Position numbers and translations under genes: made by a program. The notes under the pieces were generated by a model that saw nothing but the letters and a program-made list of their open reading frames with translations, was not told the origin of the DNA and did not search any database. This document shows positions 57,252 through 64,000 of a DNA stretch of 64,000 nt, in pieces. This DNA comes from Candidatus Shapirobacteria bacterium (GTDB taxonomy: Bacteria > Patescibacteriota > Microgenomatia > UBA12405): positions 81,838 through 145,837 of the forward strand of contig JBAZSP010000001.1 in the NCBI GenBank assembly GCA_041663285.1, in the 5' to 3' direction. Position 1 is the stretch's first letter. Each line of letters starts with the position of its first letter.

Positions 57252-59456
57252 ATGAATAAAATTTCTCAAGATATCCAAGTTGGAGATACAGTTATTAGTC
57301 TCGAAACCGGAGTATTAGCTCCTCAAACCAACGCCTCGGTAGTTGCCCGTTACGGCAATACTGTGGTTCTGGCTACTGTGGTTATGGGCAAAGTTGATGA
57401 GTCAAAAGACTATTTTCCACTTTCAGTCGAATTTGTCGATAAATTATATGCTGGTGGCCTGATCAAGGGGGGTAAATGGATTAAGCGTGAAGGTGGCCCA
57501 ACCGACACCGCCATTCTTTACGGCCGGATTATTGACCGTTCAGTCAGACCTCTTTTTCCTGCTGGTTTTCAAAATGAAGTCCAGCTAGTCGCTACTGTAC
57601 TAAGTAATGACAAAGAGCACGATGCTGTTATTCCAGCCTTTTTAGCTTCGTCTGCTGCCCTAGCTATTTCCGACATTCCTTTTAGCTCACCTGTTTCGGC
57701 TATTCGGGTAGGTCTCAAAAACGGCCAGCCGATAATCAGCCCGAGCCTTACCGAACTTAAGGATTCACAAATGGATTTGCTTATCTGCGTCGGTCCGGAG
57801 GGGATTAACATGATCGAAGCCGGAGCCTCAATTATCGACAATGCCACCGTTTTAAACGGCATTGAATCAGCCTATGAGGTTGGTCAAAAGGTCAACCAGC
57901 AGCTGATGGAATTCGTTCAAAAATGTTCCAAGAAAAAAGTTGAATTCGAAAAATTCGCCCCCAGCCAGGAACTTCTGGCCGAGGTCGAAAAGCACCTAAC
58001 CACCGACATCAAAGACTTTTTAGAAACCGGTGCCGATGGTAAGCATGTCGCTGACGAGGCGGTTATTAAAGATAAGATTACTGGCATCTATCAGCCAAAA
58101 ATCGACTCCAAAGAAATTAATCCCAATATTTTGATGATGGCTGTCGATACGGTGCTTAAACAAGCTTTTAGGCAGCACACCCTGACTACCAAAATCCGTT
58201 ACGACAAAAGGGCCCTCGATGAAATCCGTCCCCTGACGATTGATGTTGGCGTTTTGCCTTGTGTTCATGGTTCAGCCATGTTCCAGCGTGGTTTGACCCA
58301 AGCCATCACCGTCACCACCCTAGGATCTTTGGCCGAAAAACAATTTTTGCAGGATTCAACTGGCGAAACCACCAAAAGATACATCCACTATTATTCAGCC
58401 ATGCCTTTTTCCACTTTTCAAATTGGACGGTTCGGCCGGCCGGGCAGAAGGGAAATCGGTCATGGATCCTTAGCCGAAAAGGCATTATTGCCGGTTATTC
58501 CGTCAGAGGAAGAATTTCCGTATACTATTGCTCTCACCTCCGAAGTTCTTTCTCAAAACGGCTCCTCATCGATGGCTTCTACTTGTGGCTCCACCTTATC
58601 TCTTCTTGACGCCGGTGTACCTATAAAAGATCTGGTTGCCGGAATTTCTATCGGCATGGTTTCCGGTGGCGCGGATGACTATCTTTTACTTACCGACATC
58701 GCCGGTATCGAAGATCATTTTGGTGATATGGATTTCAAAATTACCGGCACCAAAACCGGTATTACCGCTATCCAGCTGGATATTAAACGGGCAGGCTTAA
58801 CTCTAGAAATGATTAAAGATACCTTTGTTGCCAGCACCAAAGCCAGGCTCTTTATTCTAGACAAAATTTCCCAAGTACTTTCTTCCCCGCGGCCCACCCT
58901 TTCACCCTTTGCTCCAAAAATCCGGTTAGTCAAATTACCGGAAGACAAAATCGGCGAAGTCATTGGCTCTGGTGGTAAAACCATCAAGGCTTTAATGGCC
59001 AAATTCCAAGTCCAAATCGATATTGATGATTTTGGTAACGCCTCGATTTCTTCACCCGATATTGATCAGGTCAATGCCGCTGCTTACGAAATCGAATCAA
59101 TGATTAAGGATGTCCAGATCGGGGAGGAATATGACGGCATCGTTACACGGGTAGAAAACTACGGTGCCTTTATTGAGTTTTTACCCGGCCGCGAAGCTCT
59201 GCTTCACGTCTCCGAAATGGCTCAAGGTTTTATCTCCGACCCTTCCGCCATCATCAAAATCGGAGATCGGCTTAAGGTCAAAATTAGCGGCTTTAACGAT
59301 AACCATCAAATAAAACTGGCTGCTCCGGAATTCAAAAACACTCACCAGGGCGAGGAACGAAGCCCCGGTCCTCCAAGTCGGACAGGTTTCGGTGGCGGTA
59401 ATCGGAACTTTGGCAGATTTAACTCTGATTTGCGTTCAAGTCGGCCAAGACGCTAA
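57252..59456 (+). CDS. pnp: polyribonucleotide nucleotidyltransferase (PNPase)
   Basis: Two RNase PH domains, KH (GSGGKTIKAL) and S1 (GEEYDGIVTRVENYGAFIEF) domains, and an RG-rich tail; 734 aa. Confidence 0.9.
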   Translation: MNKISQDIQVGDTVISLETGVLAPQTNASVVARYGNTVVLATVVMGKVDESKDYFPLSVEFVDKLYAGGLIKGGKWIKREGGPTDTAILYGRIIDRSVRPLFPAGFQNEVQLVATVLSNDKEHDAVIPAFLASSAALAISDIPFSSPVSAIRVGLKNGQPIISPSLTELKDSQMDLLICVGPEGINMIEAGASIIDNATVLNGIESAYEVGQKVNQQLMEFVQKCSKKKVEFEKFAPSQELLAEVEKHLTTDIKDFLETGADGKHVADEAVIKDKITGIYQPKIDSKEINPNILMMAVDTVLKQAFRQHTLTTKIRYDKRALDEIRPLTIDVGVLPCVHGSAMFQRGLTQAITVTTLGSLAEKQFLQDSTGETTKRYIHYYSAMPFSTFQIGRFGRPGRREIGHGSLAEKALLPVIPSEEEFPYTIALTSEVLSQNGSSSMASTCGSTLSLLDAGVPIKDLVAGISIGMVSGGADDYLLLTDIAGIEDHFGDMDFKITGTKTGITAIQLDIKRAGLTLEMIKDTFVASTKARLFILDKISQVLSSPRPTLSPFAPKIRLVKLPEDKIGEVIGSGGKTIKALMAKFQVQIDIDDFGNASISSPDIDQVNAAAYEIESMIKDVQIGEEYDGIVTRVENYGAFIEFLPGREALLHVSEMAQGFISDPSAIIKIGDRLKVKISGFNDNHQIKLAAPEFKNTHQGEERSPGPPSRTGFGGGNRNFGRFNSDLRSSRPRR

Positions 59457-59485
59457 CTCCGGGATTTTAATGTATACTGAAATTA

Positions 59486-60544
59486 ATGGACGATAATTTA
59501 ACGCCTGCCGGTGCTATTGACCGATTGGTAGCCAAAACCAAAACTGTCAAACTTCCCGAAGGTATGTCCGCTAAGCTGGACGATATCTTTGCCCAGCTGG
59601 CCATAAATGCCAACTCCGGCGATACTTTCTGGCAGAATTTTCAAACTGCTTCAAAATATATCGACGTGGTCTGTGGCATTCCTTGGTATACCCAAAGTCA
59701 GGATATCCTTGATTTAGATTATGCCAGAGAAAAGCTCAACGAAGGTCATTACGGCCTGGATACCGTCAAAGAAAGGATATTGGAATACGTTTCCATTCTG
59801 GCTCTTCAAAAAAACCGTCAGCCGGATATCCGGTTTGGAGCTCCGGTTTTGTTGTTTGTCGGCCTGGTCGGAACTGGCAAAACTACCATGGCCAAGTCTA
59901 TCGCTTCGGTTTTGGGCCGCCAGTTGATACGGATTCCTTTTGGCGGTTTGGGTGATCCCTTTTATCTTCGCGGCAAATCCCGAACCTACGCTGATGCCGA
60001 AATCGGCCACATAGTTAAAGGGCTTATAGGCTGTAAAACTAATAATCCGGTAATCCTTTTGGACGAAATTGACCGGGTAGCCGATGACGCTCTCAACACT
60101 ATCATGGGCGTCCTGGTCGAATTACTTGACCCGGAACAAAATTCAAATTTTGTCGATCATTATATAGATTATCCGGTTAATTTGTCCCAGGCCCTTTTTG
60201 TCGCTACCTGCAACAATACTACCAGAATTGCCACCGCTGTTATGGATCGGTTAGAGGTCCTTCAAATGCCGTCCTATACCGATGAAGAAAAAATTGCCAT
60301 TGGCCGTGATTATCTTTTGCCCCGGGCTATGACTGAGTCGGGTATTAGCCCGTCCGAGCTTCAGATTTCCTCCGATATATGGCTCCAGATTGTCCGTCCC
60401 CTGGGCTTCGATGCCGGGGTTAGAACTCTAAAACGCAACATCGAAGGCCTTTGCCGCAAAACCGCCCGGCTGATTTTTGAAGGCCAGCTTAAGTCACTGT
60501 TGATTGATGAGACTAACGTTAAGAAATTCATGCCCCAGTGGTAA
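59486..60544 (+). CDS. Lon-type AAA+ ATPase module without Lon N-domain and without S16 protease domain
   Basis: HYGLDTVKERILEYVSILALQ, Walker A GLVGTGKTT, Walker B ILLDEIDR, LVELLDPEQNSNFVDHYIDYPVNLSQALFVATCN, MDRLEVLQMPSYTDEEKIAIGRDYLLP are collinear with the Lon AAA core. The ORF stops where the protease domain would begin. Confidence 0.6.
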   Translation: MDDNLTPAGAIDRLVAKTKTVKLPEGMSAKLDDIFAQLAINANSGDTFWQNFQTASKYIDVVCGIPWYTQSQDILDLDYAREKLNEGHYGLDTVKERILEYVSILALQKNRQPDIRFGAPVLLFVGLVGTGKTTMAKSIASVLGRQLIRIPFGGLGDPFYLRGKSRTYADAEIGHIVKGLIGCKTNNPVILLDEIDRVADDALNTIMGVLVELLDPEQNSNFVDHYIDYPVNLSQALFVATCNNTTRIATAVMDRLEVLQMPSYTDEEKIAIGRDYLLPRAMTESGISPSELQISSDIWLQIVRPLGFDAGVRTLKRNIEGLCRKTARLIFEGQLKSLLIDETNVKKFMPQW

Positions 60545-60607
60545 ATTCCCCATGAAATCCATATCAAATATTATTTAAATCTAGTTATTATTGATTGCCA
60601 TACTCCT

Positions 60608-61450
60608 ATGAATCCCCACGACTCTCGTCTTCGATCTAAATTATTAACCTTTTTTCTAGCCGTAATTTTTCTTTTTACCTTGGCTTTTGTTGCTTATCAG
60701 CAGGAAGTAATTTCCTCTTTAGATTCCAAAGTCACTAGTTTGAACTATCAAAAAAATATACCTTCTCCCTTACCCACCCAAGTTCCAACCCCGACCCCTA
60801 TTGGTAGAATCCCGGAAATTATTTTACCCACACCTCCAGCTAACTGGTTGTATTACACTAACCAAGGTAACGGCTACTCCTTTAAATATTCCCCTATTTT
60901 TGAAAATCTCGAAGCAAAAATCGATGAGCCAAATCAGATAATTCCCAATAGTGCCGGTAAGGACCTGACGCTTATTCACTATCAGGAAAGTGACCGTGCT
61001 TATGTTCAAAGATGCTCCTCTCAGTCTGAGGACTGTGGGAGAAAACACGGACTTACTATCAATTTTTTCGAAATGTCAGAAGCTATTTCTGATAGTCACC
61101 ATCCCAATTTAGTTTTTAGTAATGATGAGAATATTTTTTATCTGGAACAGAATCCCAATATTCTCGGGGGTATTATTACTAGCAAAACAAATCCTCAAAG
61201 ATCAATCTATTTTAATTTTCAGTACAACGATAAATGGTTATATAGCCCCGCACACAACAACTATTTACTCCAAATCCTCTCCACCTTTAGATTTACGGAT
61301 CAGGACTTTTCCGAGCCTACTTTCAGTTGTCCCAAAACTAAATACCACAACTGTATGCCCATAGTCGCTGATCATTTAAAAAAATTCTGCACCAAAGAAT
61401 ATCTCGACTGGGTAAAAATCAACTGCCCCGGTGTAGAGATTTTGCACTAA
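60608..61450 (+). CDS. hypothetical membrane-anchored/secreted protein with C-terminal Cys pairs
   Basis: N-terminal TM and a PT-rich short linker; 280 aa; no motif. Confidence 0.35.
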   Translation: MNPHDSRLRSKLLTFFLAVIFLFTLAFVAYQQEVISSLDSKVTSLNYQKNIPSPLPTQVPTPTPIGRIPEIILPTPPANWLYYTNQGNGYSFKYSPIFENLEAKIDEPNQIIPNSAGKDLTLIHYQESDRAYVQRCSSQSEDCGRKHGLTINFFEMSEAISDSHHPNLVFSNDENIFYLEQNPNILGGIITSKTNPQRSIYFNFQYNDKWLYSPAHNNYLLQILSTFRFTDQDFSEPTFSCPKTKYHNCMPIVADHLKKFCTKEYLDWVKINCPGVEILH

Positions 61451-61455
61451 CCTTA

Positions 61456-62028
61456 ATGTCTACCAATCTCCAAAAGTTAAAATATATCGCTAATCTTGTC
61501 GAGCAGTGCCAAAAGTGTCCGCTTTACCAGACCGCTACCCATGGGGTTCCCGGTGATGGTAATCCCGAAGCCCGGATTTTTTTTATCGGTGAAGCTCCGG
61601 GTTATTTTGAAGATCAGCAGGGCTTACCGTTTGTAGGCAACTCCGGTAAATTACTCGACAAGCTTTTAGCTTCAATTAGCCTTAACCGCCAGGATGTTTT
61701 TATCGGTAACATTCTTAAGCACCGTCCTCCGGATAATCGCGACCCCTTGCCGGACGAAATCAAAGTTTGCACCCCCTACCTTAAGGCCCAACTCAAAGTC
61801 ATTCAGCCCAAGGTAGTCATAACTCTTGGCCGTTTTGCTCTTAATTATTTTTTACCGACTGATTCAATCAGTCAGGTGCACGGCCAGGTAAAAAAGATTC
61901 TCTGGCAGGATCTTCATTTTATCCTTATCCCGGTGTATCACCCTTCGGCTGGTCTCCGAAATGGCTCAATGCTCCGGGCCTTAGAAACCGACTTTATAAC
62001 CATTAAAAATTATTTAAACACTCAATAA
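61456..62028 (+). CDS. uracil-DNA glycosylase, family 4 (Fe-S type)
   Basis: CQKCPLYQ...PGDGNPEARIFFIGEAPGYFEDQQGLPFVGNSGKLL and C-terminal HPS; 190 aa. Confidence 0.85.
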   Translation: MSTNLQKLKYIANLVEQCQKCPLYQTATHGVPGDGNPEARIFFIGEAPGYFEDQQGLPFVGNSGKLLDKLLASISLNRQDVFIGNILKHRPPDNRDPLPDEIKVCTPYLKAQLKVIQPKVVITLGRFALNYFLPTDSISQVHGQVKKILWQDLHFILIPVYHPSAGLRNGSMLRALETDFITIKNYLNTQ

Positions 62029-62031
62029 ATT

Positions 62032-63810
62032 ATGTTTACCAAAAAAAATTCATTAGCTCGGCAACAGCCGCGCAATCCCATTCCTTTAAATTTTTCCCAA
62101 CCCAATAATCCGGTACGGCAGTTTAACCAGCCGTTTGATTCTGTCCGGGTTGCCTCTTTGGGCAGCTTCGGCGATGTTACCCAAAATATGTTCGTCTATG
62201 AATATATCCCCAACGGCGACCAATCAAAAAGCCAAATAATTATTGTCGACTGTGGCGTTGGCTTCCCCGAAGAAGATGCCTTTGGGGTCGATCTTCAAAT
62301 TCCTGACACTCAATATCTGAAAGACAAGAAAGATCGGATTCTCGGAATCTTTATCACTCACGGTCACGAAGATCATATCGGCGCCATTCGTTTTGTCCTT
62401 CCCCAGCTGGGTAGCGGCATTCCAATTTTCGCTCCCAAATTAGCTGCTGCCTTTATTCAAGCCCGACTAGCCGAGACTAACATCCGTGGCCAAATGACCA
62501 CCTACGACGGCCGTAGTCCGATAGCTCGGGGAGCTTTTGACGTCCAGCCGATTCGGGTTACTCACTCTATTCCAGATACTTTTCACTTAGCTATTTCCAC
62601 TCCCATCGGCATCTTTTACCACGGGTCTGATTTTAAATTTGATTTGTTCCCCTTGGATGGCAAGCAAGCCGATTTTCGTCAAATTGCCCGTGTCGGCGAT
62701 AAGAAGGTAGTCTGTCTTTTGTCTGATTGTCTTGGTTCGGATCACGAAGGCTTTTCTCCCTCCGAAAGCTCTATTGCCGAAAATTTTAAAAAAGAAATTA
62801 CCACTGCCAAGGGCAGGGTGTTTGTTACTTCAATTTCTTCCAACATAGTCCGTTGGGGTCAGGCTATTGAATACGCCAAAAGTTGTGGTCGAAAAATAGT
62901 CATAGTTGGGCTTTCGGTCGACCGGGCGATTGGGATAGCCAAGGATTTGGGCTATCTTGACCTCAAAGACGCCGACATCGTTTCCCCGGAGAGGATAAAA
63001 AACTTTGCTGATAATAAGCTGATCTTTTTAGTGGCCGGCTTTGCCGGTCAGCCGGAATCGGCCTTAAGTAAAATGATCATGGGCAAGCACAAAATCAAAA
63101 TAAAACCTAACGACCGGGTGATATTTTCTTCACCCGACTATATTCCCGGCACCACCTCCAACATCTACAACATGATCGATACTCTGTCCAAAATGGGCGC
63201 CGAAGTTACTTATGGCGACAAGGAAGAATTGCATGTTTCGGGTCACGGCTACCAAAAAGAACATGCCCTTCTTATCAATCTGGTTAATCCCAGATTCCTA
63301 TTGCCCATTGGTGGCAATTATCGCCACATCAGAAGTTATCAAAACTTGGCCAAAACTCTTGGTTTCACCCCGGATCAGTTGATTAGTCCTGATTATGACT
63401 CGGCGGTTACTTTCCATGGTAACGGGACTTATGACACCAACACCCACATCCCGCTCCGAAAAGTACTCATAGATGGCCTGGGTGTCGGCGACGTTGGGGT
63501 AACCGTCCTCCGTGACCGCAAGCTGTTGGCCGAAGACGGCATGTTTACCCTGGTACTTTTGGTTAACGGGGTCACTGGCCAGCTCGACAAAGATCCGGTG
63601 ATCTTAAGCCGCGGTTTTGTATTCATGAAAGAAAACACTGACCTAATAAATTATATTAAAGACGAAGTAATTGCTAAATTTAAAGAAGTTAGTAGCCAAC
63701 CTCTTAACTTCGACTTTGTCCGTCAGGAAATTCAGGCCCACACCGAACAGATCATCTTTGACAAAACCGGCCGCCAGCCCATGGTTCTTCCCTTGGTAAT
63801 AGAGGTCTAA
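62032..63810 (+). CDS. rnj: ribonuclease J (metallo-beta-lactamase/beta-CASP)
   Basis: HxHxDH motif ITHGHEDHIGAI, beta-CASP motifs, C-terminal domain; 592 aa. Confidence 0.85.
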   Translation: MFTKKNSLARQQPRNPIPLNFSQPNNPVRQFNQPFDSVRVASLGSFGDVTQNMFVYEYIPNGDQSKSQIIIVDCGVGFPEEDAFGVDLQIPDTQYLKDKKDRILGIFITHGHEDHIGAIRFVLPQLGSGIPIFAPKLAAAFIQARLAETNIRGQMTTYDGRSPIARGAFDVQPIRVTHSIPDTFHLAISTPIGIFYHGSDFKFDLFPLDGKQADFRQIARVGDKKVVCLLSDCLGSDHEGFSPSESSIAENFKKEITTAKGRVFVTSISSNIVRWGQAIEYAKSCGRKIVIVGLSVDRAIGIAKDLGYLDLKDADIVSPERIKNFADNKLIFLVAGFAGQPESALSKMIMGKHKIKIKPNDRVIFSSPDYIPGTTSNIYNMIDTLSKMGAEVTYGDKEELHVSGHGYQKEHALLINLVNPRFLLPIGGNYRHIRSYQNLAKTLGFTPDQLISPDYDSAVTFHGNGTYDTNTHIPLRKVLIDGLGVGDVGVTVLRDRKLLAEDGMFTLVLLVNGVTGQLDKDPVILSRGFVFMKENTDLINYIKDEVIAKFKEVSSQPLNFDFVRQEIQAHTEQIIFDKTGRQPMVLPLVIEV

Positions 63811-63832
63811 AATAAAAATAGTAAAATAGCTA

Positions 63833-64000
63833 ATGCTCTACTCACAACTTTTTGGCAAAGCCACTAAATCCGTCGTTCGCGACGCTACTGCCGCTAGTCA
63901 CCGTTATCTTCTCCAGGCGGGTTTCATTCGGCCGTTGGCCGCCGGTCGTTACACTTTGCTTCCACTTGGTCTTCGGGTTGCCCGAAAAATCGAAAAAATC
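63833..64000 (+). CDS. proS: 5' end of a class II aminoacyl-tRNA synthetase, most like proline--tRNA ligase; partial, runs off the window end
   Basis: MLYSQLFGKATKSVVRDATAASHRYLLQAGFIRPLAAGRYTLLPLGLRVARKIEKI matches the ProRS N-terminal pattern (SQLF.KT....P.DAE..SH.LLLRAG.IR.LASG.Y..LPLG.RV..K.E.I). Confidence 0.6.
   Translation, partial: MLYSQLFGKATKSVVRDATAASHRYLLQAGFIRPLAAGRYTLLPLGLRVARKIEKI

Overview
This 64-kb window is a densely packed, almost entirely plus-strand bacterial chromosomal segment. Several traits point to a reduced-genome Patescibacteria/CPR-type organism, though this is inference and no search was run: short-form housekeeping proteins (metG 467 aa, nusA 330 aa, hrcA 244 aa, zinc-finger-less dnaJ), many GT-C/PMT-like membrane glycosyltransferases, several secreted proteins with long Pro/Thr-rich linkers, and weak or absent Shine-Dalgarno sequences. 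Confident core genes: Fe/Mn superoxide dismutase, map, folD, tatD, metG, rpsT, murJ, two UvrD-family helicases (one fused to a PD-(D/E)xK nuclease), a FemX-like transferase, gatC-gatA with gatB two genes away, alr, rmuC, hrcA-grpE-dnaK-dnaJ, nusA-infB-rpsO-pnp, a truncated Lon-like ATPase, family-4 UDG, RNase J and the start of proS. No rRNA, tRNA or CRISPR array was found. Accessory content: (i) a sortase-domain protein with a long Cys-rich/PT-rich stalk (1076-2479), plus two nearby surface proteins whose C-termini look like sorting signals; (ii) a PilN/PilO-like pair and FN3-like surface protein after murJ (15.7-18.6 kb), followed by two paralogous PT-linker secreted proteins (18.6-22.1 kb); (iii) a 10-kb envelope-glycosylation cluster made of a UbiA/DPPR-synthase-like gene, four or five GT-C paralogues, a GT4, a HAD phosphatase and a methyltransferase. 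Most notable anomalies: a ~540-bp insertion between dnaK and dnaJ carrying a foreign-looking ORF and bounded by a perfect 27-bp direct repeat of the dnaK 3' end, next to a perfect 13-bp-arm palindrome; a CIRCE-like operator overlapping a canonical sigma70 promoter at hrcA; a shared ATTAGAAATT repeat block before gatB and dnaK; a two-gene insertion splitting gatCAB; a frameshifted infB; and a Lon AAA+ module lacking N- and protease domains.
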